From: Eutreptiella sp. 'Long Island Sound 2002'
Lineage: Eukaryota; Protista; Euglenida
Direction: 5' to 3'
DNA length: 64,000 nucleotides
Assembly: GCA_964036045.1 (NCBI GenBank)
Contig: OZ038378.1
Location: 165,664,001-165,728,000, forward strand
The notes beneath the pieces are model-generated. The model saw nothing but the letters and a program-made list of their open reading frames with translations. It ran no database searches and had not been told where the DNA came from. The position numbers were made by a program, and so were the translations under genes. Positions 26,101-37,272 of the stretch are shown piece after piece (the stretch's first letter is position 1; each line of letters opens with the position of its first letter).

Positions 26101-26237
26101 ACCTCTGTACTTCTTGGGGGGTCAAAGCCTTTGTGGAGTGAAGATTACCCTGTGAGGCCAGCCACACCGGATCCCGCCTGCCAAACGCCCCGACAAATCC
26201 CCCTACCCTTTGGACAAAGCTGTGGAAGGGCGGTGAC

Positions 26238-26418
26238 CAGTCCGGTATCCGGCTGCAAATGAAGGTCCTGGGCCCACCCAGGCTGCACTTTCGGCACGTC
26301 AAATACATCTCGCTTGTACATGCGGCTCTGAGTGGGGACGGTGGCGTCGCCAGTGGTCTGGTCAACCACCAAGTTGACCAGCCTGTAGTCAGCCAAATTG
26401 GGCTGCATGTGGAGCTCG
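26238..26418 (-). CDS. Cyclase exon: extracellular domain
   Basis: Phase-2 acceptor cttacag|C completes AG|C (Ser) from the upstream exon. Reads ELHMQPNLADYRLVNL...PGWAQDLHLQPDTGL. The donor CTG|gtcacc is weak. Confidence 0.72.
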
Positions 26419-28144
26419 CTGTAAGTGAGGTTCCGCTTGCATCGCTTCATCCTGGGCCTTGGGCTGCCAAGTGGCTTTGTGGATTCCCATGAGTTAGCAC
26501 TTGCTGCTGCGCCAGCCCACCCTGTCATAGCGCGTCTACAGTGCGAGCCCCACCTGATAATAGTGAAGAGTGGGGCTGTTCTGTCCACGGAGACAATGTG
26601 CCTCGGGGGTGCAGAAGAGGGGAAACTACTCACTTCATCAGGCGGCAGGGCCCACCTCTCCGATGCCAACTCCTGTCCCACAGTGTGTCCCAATTTTGGG
26701 CAACCACTGCCACATGGGGGGCCATCAGGTGCAGTCCTTACAATAACCCTCCTCCCCAAAACACTTTGGCCCTCCGAGTGGTGGTGGGGGGGCTACAAAA
26801 CTGACAGATGGCGCAAGCCACCGCAATAGTGGGGCAATATTGACATTCCCCCAGCCCTTTGCGGCTACGCATCCCCGGCCGTCTCAGGGGAAAATGACAT
26901 GGCTTTGTTACCCCTGCCGCATGTGAAAAAAATGTGATGGCTATGTAACCCCATCTCAGGAAAAGCAAAACCCCTGCCGTCTGGGGCTCCCCAACTCGAG
27001 GCCAGTTCCCCAATTGGGGAAAATTGTCCTCTAGGAGAGCCCCATCCCCGGTTCCTGGATTCGGGATTGCTGTCCTTAGAGGGCAGAAATCCCCAACTCG
27101 GGAACCTGGGAGGGGGGTTTACAGTCGGGGACAGAACTCCCCCATTCAGCAACTGGAGAGGGGGCTCTCACACGGGGACCATTTTCAGGCCGGTTCCTGA
27201 ATGGGGGAAATTGTCCTCTAGGGGCAGAAGTCCCCCATTTCGGAACCAGGGAGAGGGAGGCACCCGGCGATTCATAGCAGTCATCACTTTCCCCCAATCA
27301 GGAATGGTATCTACTAGGGCCGGTTCCCGAATGGGGGATGCGTCCTCTTCTTCACCCTGCACAACCTCGCACATTGATAAGAGCAATTGAGGAATTGAAA
27401 CATTGATGAGGGGAGGGGGGGAAAGAATGTAATGGGTTCCAAAAAACCATAGGCGGGCAAGCAGGTAGGCAGGCAAGCAGGCAGGCAAATAGGCAGGAGA
27501 AACAAACAGAGGGAGGGGGGGGGGGGGGCGGCTAAGCTCCTACACAGAATTGGCGATAATGCAGCACCTGTCACCCTCTCACCCTTGTCTTGCCCTTATG
27601 AGGGAGGTACTAGCCCGGGGGTACTAGGGTACATTGCCCTGGGATCCCGGCTGGTGGGGATGAGGAAGGTCCAAGTTCCCCGTGCCTCCCGCGTTTAGAG
27701 GATACAGGCATGCGGCATTGCCCCAGGACCAACCTAGTCTCCAAAAATCAGATCCCCTTTTTTCCCTGGCCCACCGTGCAGGAGGTGGGCACTGTAGGCC
27801 TCCCTTACCCCATACATTTGGGACTCAGGCAGTAGGTGCAAATACGCACGCAGACAGGAAGCAGGCACGGCAGACCAAGCGGCAAGCAGGCAGGCAAACA
27901 GCTAGAAGACTATTTCCCCCCAATCAATCAAAAGGGAATGGACCCGTTGAAGTTTCCCCCCCATTAAACAATACACACAACACCACCATAGCCTCCACCA
28001 CAGGCAGGTTATAACAACACCTTGCCTAAGGGTGCTGAGGTCCGTGGTCCCACCTTGGCTGGTGGCCAATATGACTCACCGGTGAAATGCATAGCCAAAA
28101 AGAAATCAGGAAGAGAGTGAGGGGACGTACCCGTGGGACTTCTC

Positions 28145-28212
28145 AACCCACTAGAATTCGAACCTGCAACCTCTACCTTGTTGAGGTATTGCACTACTGC
28201 GGTGCTAAAGCG
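28145..28212 (-). other. tRNA-derived remnant
   Basis: Minus strand reads GAGGTTGCAGGTTCGAATTC (T-arm/B-box at 28154-28164). No complete cloverleaf. Confidence 0.3.
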
Positions 28213-29651
28213 GTAAGAGATCGAAAATGGCGTGTGCTGTAAGGAACAAAGAACAACCCACTGGTCAAAATCTGCATGCACTCAGGCAGGCAAGCCACGC
28301 ATTTCGTCCAGGAGGCCCTCATCCTCCCGCAAGGCCCGGCCTCACATGGTGGCAAGTGCAGAGCAGCAACTAGTAGGAGCGCCAGGCGGTAGCAAGGGGG
28401 AAGGAACCACACACCTGGACCCGCGAATGTCAAGGACAAAACCCCCCAATTAAGTAGCTATGTATCCCTGCCGTATTGGGGTCTCTAAAAGAGGAAATGG
28501 CTACAGAACCCTTGCTTCCCAATTTGGGGAAGAATTCAAGTGGCTTTGTATCCCCTGCCACCTTGGGGAGACCAGCGTGGGCTGGGCTGAAAATGGCTTC
28601 AATGCCAAAAGTCACAAAATTCGGACTGGATATTTAAAATCTCAATGAGTTTTGAACATTTGGAGTATGGTGAAATAATGTCTTTACAATATCACCTGGG
28701 ACAAATCCTAGCGGTACGCGCTGTCCCACTATTTTGCCCCACTCTTTGGACGCTCCTTTGCTACGTGTGCGCCACCCCAGTCTCCTTGCTGTAACCCCCT
28801 TCTGCACCTCTCCTATGGACCCGAGGATGCCCCCACTGTACCCACCTCCTCTACCACGTTTTGCCCCTCCTATGACAGCTCTGGTGTGCATAGAAAGAAG
28901 GGACCAAGGTGAGCACAACACATGGCACAGGGCTCATGGGGCAAAAAAAAAATCCAAGGGCCAATATGGTCTCAAAAATTATCACGGCAACAATGAATCC
29001 GGGTGTGGTAATTTGCTCTGTTCTAGACATTTTGTGCCACGCTTTCATGTTTTTTTTTTGGGGGGGGGGCACGAGAAAAATACCAATTAATCCTATGGTC
29101 CCCTGCCCTATGCACACTTGAATGCCCCTCCAATGCCACCTCTTGTCTTGTCCCCACTCACAAAGCTCTTATGTCTCCTCCCATGCCCCTTTGCAGCCTT
29201 TGCCACTTGTTAAACCATCTATTGTGAACCCTCATGAGACTCCTTCTACAGACGCGGCTATATCACCCACATGCCCCATTCTGCCCCACTTGTCTTGAGC
29301 CTAGGCCTGCAGTAGTCACCGCAGAGTCAGAAAAAGGATTGTTGTCGTATCTACATTTCAAACGCCCCTACGGTGGGGTATCAGAACGCAAGAAGGAATT
29401 GCAAGGGTGCCGTTGCCAAGAGCTATTGGTCAACAACCATGAACAACCAAAGGTCACCACCTAGAGCATGAAACGGGCTAGAGCACATAGGAGTAGGTTT
29501 GTGGAGGTCTTTCCTTGCCAAATAAGCAATACAAGTGCCTACTAGCCAACACTAGCAAGCACCACTGCACATTGGTAACCCATCTTGGCTTGCGATTTGC
29601 CGGGCCCGATCCTCAGCACCCTAGGTGTGCCAGCTCTGTTTACTCCGCTGT

Positions 29652-31478
29652 AGGATGTGGCTAATTCTTCTACTGCCGGTTGCCCAATGTGGCTTAACCC
29701 TCTACCACAGGCAGCCAAATGTGGCTCAAACTTTTGTGGCTCAATCTTCTACTGGAGCCTGCTAGACGTGGCTAAATCTTTTCCTAAAGGCTACCGGACA
29801 TGGCTCCATCTAATGCCAACTACCTAGTAGGGCTCAATCATCTACTAAAGGATGCTAGATGTGGCCCGGCCATCTGCCGGAGGAGGCTGAATATGGCTCA
29901 ATCTTCTGAACACGGCTCAATTGTTTGCTGGAGGCTACCGGATGTGGCTCAATCTTCTGCTGAGAGCTATTGGATGCGGCTCAACGTTGTGCTGGCAATT
30001 GCTGGTTGTGGCTCGTTCTTTGGTTGGAGGTGGCTCAAGGTGGCTCAATATTCTGCTCTAGGTTGCTAGATTTGGCTCTGTTTGGCAGAGGGCAGGATGT
30101 GGCTTAATCTGCTACCAGAAGCTGAGGGCTGTGGCTCAACCATCTAATGGAGGTTGCCGGATGTGGCTAAACCCTTCAACTAGAGGCAACCAAATGTGGC
30201 TTAATCTTTTGCTAGCGGCCGCAGGATGTGACTCAATCTTCCACCCTCGGATGCTGGTTGTGGCTCAACCTTTCTACTAGAGGCTGTTACATGTGGCTTA
30301 ACATTCTGCCATCAGTTGCCACATGTGGGTAAATCTTCTGCTGGAGGCTAGATGTGGCTCAATCAATGGCGGTTGCCGGATGCAGCTCAACCTTCTGCTA
30401 GCAGTTGCCCAATGTGGCTCAATCTGCTGCCCAACCTTCTAACATAGACTACAAGATGTGGCACAACTTGCTACTGGCATTTGTTGAATGTGGCTCAATC
30501 TTCTTCTACCGCAAGCGACCGTATTTGCCTCAACCTTTTGCCGGTGCTGCCAAATGTGGCTCCATCTTCTGCCAAAGGTTGATGGACAAGGCTCAACCAT
30601 CTACCGGAGGTTGCCGGATGTCAGTTGCCGGATGTCAGTTAATCTATAGCTGGGGACTGCTAGATGTGGCTACCGGCTGCCGGATGTGGCTCAAGCTTCT
30701 GAACGCAATTGCCAGACATGGCTCAATCTTTTGTTGTAGAATGCTTGATGTGGGTCAATATTCTGCCGGAGGCTGCCTGGTGTGGCTCAATCTTCTACCG
30801 ACAGTTGCTGCATGTGGCTCAACCTTCTACCAATGGCTGCCAGATATGGCTCAACCTTAATTGTTGAGTAGCTCAATCTTCTACCGAAGGCTTCTGCATG
30901 TGGCGCAATCTTCTGTCGGAGGTTGCGGCTCAATATTCTACCGGAGGTTGCCGGATGTGGCTCAACTTTCTACCTGCGGGTGCCGAAAGCCGCTCAGTCA
31001 TTTGCTTGACGATGCTGGGTGTGGCTCAACTTTCGGCCACAGAAAGTTAGATGTGGCCCAACACTTCATCCAACATTTCAATGTTGGATGTGGCTCAGTT
31101 TTCCACCAGGTTGCTGCATGTGGCTCAATCCTGTGCCAGAGGTTGCCGGATGGCGGTTGCCACATGTGGCTCAATCTTCTGCCAAAGGTTGACGGCTGTG
31201 GCTGAATCTTCTGCCGGCGGTTGCTAGAAGTGGCTCAGCCTTCTGCAAGAGGTTGCCATATGTGGCTCAACCTTCTGCCACAGAATGCTGGATGTGGCTC
31301 AATCTTCTGCCGGAGGGTGGCGGATGTGGCTCAACCTTCTGCTAGAGGAAGCCATATGTGGTTCACCCATCTGCCAAAGGAGGAGGTCAGATGTAGCTGA
31401 GTCTTCTGCCAGGGGTTGCCAGATGTGGCGCAATCTTTTGCCAACGGGCGCTGCATGTGGCTCAATCTTCTGCCGAAG
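29652..31478. repeat. Degenerate ~32-bp tandem satellite (~55 units), consensus near GATGTGGCTCAATCTTCTGCCGGAGGTTGCCG
   Basis: ATGTGGCTCAA core recurs with ~32-bp period (e.g. 31291, 31323). Lies inside cyclase intron 26419-32432. Confidence 0.9.
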
Positions 31479-32432
31479 TCCTGGGATCTATCTCCATGAC
31501 TTGGCCAATTTCACACTTGCATGGGTTGGCTGAAAAAGTGCGATTTTGGGGTGACCTCCAATGGTTGCTATGTGGCCTTGGGCCAGACTTGAGCCCTCAT
31601 TTGGAAGCACAAATAAAAACATGGGGAGCAATGTGGACAGTGGGGGGGAGGGGGGCCGTGGGAGGCAAGTGGCGTACAATGGGAGGGGAGTGGTGGAAGT
31701 CGTAAGTCGTAAGTAGATTGAATGCGATGGGATTGCTTCCAATACTGGGGTTGACATTACCTGAAGCACCCTGTGTCACCTCGACCAAGGAGCTGACCGG
31801 TCACAACATCTCAGTACTGGCATCAATAATGCCGGCCTAATGGCCCCCATTGGCCCCTAAAGCGCCATTTTGGGTTCTCTTGCACCGTGGTGGGCAAAAG
31901 TTGGTCGGCATTTTGCAGCCACTATGCATCGATCAATACCTGGGTCACATTCTGTTTCTTAATTCTTTATGGGCCCATTAACCAATGCTGTGAGTCCAGG
32001 GTGAATCCCCCATCAGCACTCCTGCGGGGACGTACCTGTGAGGACACCTTGGGCCAGGCTTGGCATTATTTGGTGACAATGGGAGCACATGTAAACCCAT
32101 GGGGAGCCATGTTGTACCAGTTAGGCCCAACTATTGGGGTCCATGAGCCTGTGAAGGCTGTTTGCAGGCTACATCAGGCCATTTGCACAGATGTAGACAA
32201 AACACTAGGGCCACTCTGCGGTGTGTTGTTCAATACAATTCGTTTTGAGGTGGACTTACCGAGCCAATAGAATTCCTGTCTGGGCCGCTTTGCAGCTCTG
32301 GTGTTCTTTATCAACAATCTGCCTTCGTCACAGGAGCCCCTTTTCCAGACCCCCCACATTTTTCGCGCCCCCCCCCCCTCCACAAATGATTTTTTCACTT
32401 TCCCAGTCTCTGCACAAGCATGACACACTTAC

Positions 32433-32779
32433 CTGATTTCCCATGGCCTGTAGCCCGTTGTGGCAGTGCCGTTGGGAAACACCGCTGTGCCGAGGTGCAT
32501 GCCTGTGAAGCAGTGCCCACGCATGGCCGCAAAGCTCTGGGGAGCCAGCCTTTCGATCACATCCCGCGGCAGGGTCACCTCAGCCCGAAGGTCGCGTTCC
32601 CAAATCCGGAGGGTGTCCAGGAATGCCACTTGTGCAGTCATTGCCATCTCCACCCCGTACAATCGGACATCGAACTGGTCCCGAGAGGTCATCAGCGCCG
32701 CCTGCTGCGCACGAGTGGACAGGGCCACGATGGACTCCGTTGCAGTGGAGTTGATGGACTTGATCGATCGCATCATCAC
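32433..32779 (-). CDS. Cyclase exon: end of TM1 and start of extracellular domain
   Basis: VMMRSIKSINSTATESIVALS...TTGYRPWEI. Strong phase-2 donor AG|gtaagt. Acceptor ttgaag|GTG (alternative at 32795). Confidence 0.82.
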
Positions 32780-35700
32780 CTTCAACCAGCAGGGACTGAG
32801 TGAGGCTTAGGCCCATTTACGTTCATGAGATCATGGGCCTCCATAGGCCTGGTTTAGTGAAGGTACAGAGTAAGGGCATAGAGTGACGGTGTAGAGTGAC
32901 GGTTTACAGGGACAGAAGAGAGTGACTGAAAAGAGTGAAGGTATGGAGTGAGGGTTAGAATGACGAAAAAGATGAGCGGTATCAAGTGACGGCATGAAGT
33001 GATGGTACAGAGCGGCAGTGTAAAGTGGGCAAAAAGTGACGGTAAAGGCTGATGGTACAGAGTGACGGTCGTGAGTGACAGTGACCTGCAGCCCCGCCTC
33101 AGTCTCCCCTGGCCCGCAGATTGCGCTCTGAACACACTACACAATGCACACTGCACACTGGGACCAAGACAGTGGAGCGGGTGGCGGAGAGTGCCACGGC
33201 ACAAGTACACTACAACCGATGGCGAGGCCACTCTGGCGGTGGGTGCCAGGGAGGGAAGAAATTGGAAGAGGTGGACGAAAACATTGTTTCATTGATGTAT
33301 AAAATTTGAACTCTGCCTTGACTTTTTTTTTTCCACCAAAATCAAACCAAAATCTTACACCCACGAAAAATTGCCCTGCGACCCACAGAGGGAGAGGGAG
33401 AGGGGATGGGAGATTGAGGGACTTGGTGACATTCACGGCTGAGTGGCAACGCCAAGGAGATGGAGAAAGTGAGAATTGATGTGTTATTGCCATTTGCATC
33501 ATTTCATTGCTGCCATCATCAGGCACAAGGGGATGTGTAGTGCAACACAGGGACAGGCTCAATGGGTTGTAGGTCTGTAGATGGCAATCTGGGAGGGGGG
33601 TTGATGACCGTACACGCAGAGAGGTTAATTCCCGGGAAACTCTTAAGTGACCTTGGAATGCAGGTGAACTGGTGACCACTTTGCAACTGGCTGAGGCGTC
33701 TGTATGGATGCTACTCACCAAATGCCCCCTGTTCTGACATTCCCTACTTCGCACCAGCATCTACGAGCTGTATCTTGCTGTCATTTTCATAGGCTTCATC
33801 TCCTACGCTCCATGGCTGTTGTTTGCGTATTGGGCTTCACCATCCACTGCTTATTCCATGTGGTTTGCGGCCCCTTGCGTCCTCTGTTTACTGTCCTTTG
33901 CCATCTTGGGTGTGTGTCTACTCCACCTCCAAGAATACTTCAATCTCCTCAAACTGTGCGTGCCTCTGGCGGTCTTTGCGCAGCCATTGGATTTCACCAT
34001 ATGTCGCAAGATTATGGTGTCGGAAGTCTTCTTCTACCTCCTGTTTTAATTCATTCTGTCTGCAATGGTGACGTACATCTTCTTGAGGTCAGTTTCTTTG
34101 TGCCTCCCAATGCGCACCTCCATCACAGTGTTTCCATCTCTGCCAAAACATATCAATTTCAGCAATCTCCACGGTGGTGCACAACACTAGTTTACTTATT
34201 GGCAGCCCTTCACTCGGGTACGGAATGTGGGAGTGACTCCCAGCAGTCATGTCTGAAACAGACCTATGAGAGCTGCCCCCTTACCCGTATGTGCACCTCC
34301 CTCCCTCCTCTCAAGCGGGCTCGCGTCTTCGAAGGCTCAGGTTCTAAGGTTATAGGAAAGGGAATTAGGGCGGATGCTTCCCTCCCGTAAGTATGTTGGA
34401 CATCTCTACAGATCGTCCACTTGGGGGGGTATCGGCGAGTGTGTACAACAGGTACAAGTTACTTCGGACAGTTCGAGGACATGATCCGGAGTGGATTGTT
34501 GTGGACTACACTAGTTGGGACTAACAGTCTACGAACAAGAACGAGATCAGGGGCTTATGCTGCAGATCATGATCGTGGTCACGGGCTGTCCTTGGTGGTG
34601 TTGGTGTATGGATATTTGGATAAGTTGCTGGTTATCAGTGGCTGGAATTGGGGTTATGAATTATCAGCTATCTCGTGGAAACGTAAAAACAAAAAAATCG
34701 TATGTCGTGCCTTTTTTTGTGTGGTAAATATGAGTACAAAAAATTGCACTATCGTGTAATTCTTTTTGCGGTAAACACAAGTACAAAAAACTCATACTGT
34801 CAAAACCATACCGTCGCACAATTGTTTTCAGTAAATGCGAGCACCCGGTTTTGTATTACTCGCCAGTAAGATTTTTTGTGCTCGTTTTGACTGCAAAAAA
34901 AAAAAATACACCACGGTGCAATTTTTTGGGTACTCGCATTATTGCAAAAAAAATTACACGACTCACAACATACACATTTGGCATTGGAAAAAAAAATAAA
35001 TGAGACAGATTTTTGGATCAGGGCACCCTCCGAGCAGGGGTAGGGGTGGCCAGCCAACCCCGGCCTTGTCTTAGTGCAACTATGCAGCGAAAAATTCATA
35101 GTGTACTTAGACTGATCTCGGAGAGGACATCCATTGTGGGGCGCGCAGTGGAGAACATTAATTGTTTCCAGCAATAGAACACTTCTCGCTCCATACACTT
35201 TCTTTTTGATGCTATGAAAACAAAAAAATCCAATTTGGCGAGAATGCTCTTTGCTAGAAGACAAGGTGTGCCCAGATTCAAGTGTTTACAGCCTTGACGC
35301 TGATACAACTTGAGGCGCTCATCTCTGATGAAATGCGGGCCTGTGGTGGCATGAAGTACATGGAAAGCAATAGAGATGGCAAGCCCGAAGTTTTAACAGG
35401 CAAGACAACAAGATCGAGAAAGTGAAAGCATCAAAATCTCCTCCCTTTGGATGCCAATTTGTTGCATTTCATTTCGTTTACATGAGATTTTGCATGCCTT
35501 GGGCTGCCTTGGGCTAAAACTTTTTGGGGTTGCTTTGTTTCTTGCTCTTCCGCGACTATGTTGTCATAGGATTGTGAAACCCCATGGCTCTGGTAATTGT
35601 GACTGCTCCTTCAAAAGGAGTTGAGAGTCAAGATTAACTGCTGGAACAGTCATTGAACTAGTCATTGAACTGTAGGATCCCAATCAAGCCAATCAATTCT

Positions 35701-36159
35701 AACATATCCAATCTTGTTTCAACAAGGGACTCCCAAAAAAAATGTAACCGTTGAGCAAAAGGTGTGGTACAGTGGAGGTCGAGTTTTTTCCCACTGTTGT
35801 GTGGGGTTGGTTGTGGCGCTCCACCCTCATGCCCTGCAATGTGTCTGTGCATGCTTTTCAATCAGGCACCAATCAAAGCAAAACATGCTTTTTACACGGG
35901 CACCAATTGAGGCCAAACACTATTTTCTCCCAGTTGATCTGCGATAAGTGCAAATGTGTCACACCCTACTAGAGTAGAGGGGTCATTCTCCACTTTGACG
36001 AGCCTTGCCAAGTGCCTGCAATGGAGGCATTTTGGCCAGTTCAGTGCGAAAAGATAGCAAACCACTGAGAGAATCAAAAACATGGTCTGTTTGAAAGCAC
36101 CAAGGTTTAGGAACAACGATTCCTCCTCAAGCAGGTATCCATGCTTGCATGCAAAGGGT

Positions 36160-36680
36160 AGACATGCTTCAAAAATGCCCCTAGCCCCCCTCGAGGGTTG
36201 CCAGCGCCTTGTACCGCTGCGACTCCTACAGCCTATGGCACAGCCGACCCCAGTCCTCAAGGATGAGGTGCAGATCCTCTTGTTGCCCCAACACGTGCCA
36301 AAGCCACCAGCCCTGGCAGGCCTCCCACCGCAATTGCCTAACATCTTGCCCCACCCCCTACCGCCCTACGGGCCCCTCAATCGGCAGGCAGCACGTCATT
36401 TCGAGGACCGCTTGGACAAGTACCTGTTGTAGTAGGTGCCTGTGCTTGGCTGCCGGAGGCGTGCTGCCGCCAGCCACTTGAGCTGCAACACGCACTCATC
36501 CAGCTCCGCGGCCCCCCCAAGGGTGGCTGCCTCTACCTGCGCCACCCGCACCAGGCCCAACAGGAATCTGTCCAGCCCCGGCAGCCGCAGCTCGTGCAGC
36601 CTCTACGGCCACCTCCACACCGAGGCCCACAACCCCGCTACACTCCCCACTGCCCCCCGCCAGGCCACCAACGGGTGTCG
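36160..36680 (-). pseudogene. Degenerate coding fragment, probably TE-derived
   Basis: Codon-like stretches on the minus strand (VELHELRLPGLDRFLLGLVRVAQVE; DVRQLRWEACQGWWLWH) broken by stops and frameshifts. No diagnostic motif. Confidence 0.35.
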
Positions 36681-36866
36681 TTTTGAAGTACCCCCCCCCC
36701 TTTGTAATAGCTACGCAAAAGTACCAAATTAATACGGTCCCTACGCCGACTGTAGCTTAGACAAGGGCGTGGCTTGTGCACAACACATACAACTACCGAC
36801 ACACACGTGGGTGAGTGCATGGTATGAGTGCACCTTAACCTCCGCCCACATTCCCAAAGGCATGAA

Positions 36867-36924
36867 AACCTGAAGTTTCATGTTTCAAACCCAAGAAAGG
36901 GTTTGAAACATGAAACTTCAGGTT
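36867..36924. repeat. Perfect 26-bp inverted repeat with 6-nt loop
   Basis: AACCTGAAGTTTCATGTTTCAAACCC-aagaaa-GGGTTTGAAACATGAAACTTCAGGTT. Confidence 0.95.
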
Positions 36925-37254
36925 CACACCCATGTTCCTACAAGCAATGAGGCATGAGAAGCCTACAAATGTTCGGCTTGGAAACCCTTCTTGCAATCAT
37001 ACACCATGCGGAACAACTCCACATGCTCACTACTTGAAGATGCCTTTGAAGATGCCTTTGCCTGAGGTTTAGGGGCTGGTTTGGGCTCAGGCAACTTCAA
37101 GTTCTCGGGAATGAAATTGCCTTGCATGTGGTCTCTTGTCAAGTACACTCACAACCCTATGTAAGTGGCAAATTCGTCACAAAACCCATGTCTTGGGTGG
37201 CTGCACTACATTTGGTATCAAATTAAAATTAGGTACCAAATTAATACGGTCCCT

Positions 37255-37272
37255 ACGCCTACTGTAGCTTGG
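37255..37272. repeat. Target-site duplication, left copy (ACGCCTACTGTAGCTTGG)
   Basis: Identical 18-mer at 43227-43244; its 15-nt core also occurs at 40702-40716. Confidence 0.9.

Noticed and set aside
29652-31478. CRISPR array
   Set aside because: The 'spacers' are only ~17 nt and homologous to each other, the repeats are degenerate, there are no cas genes, and the context is a eukaryotic intron.
33704-34390. 228-aa plus-strand ORF as a gene
   Set aside because: No domain motif; the opposite strand looks like a stop-riddled coding relic that cannot be identified.
36717-36775. LINE target being U2, U6, 5S or SL RNA
   Set aside because: No recognisable match by eye on either strand; only a weak AATTTGG Sm-like word. 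Left open pending an Rfam search.
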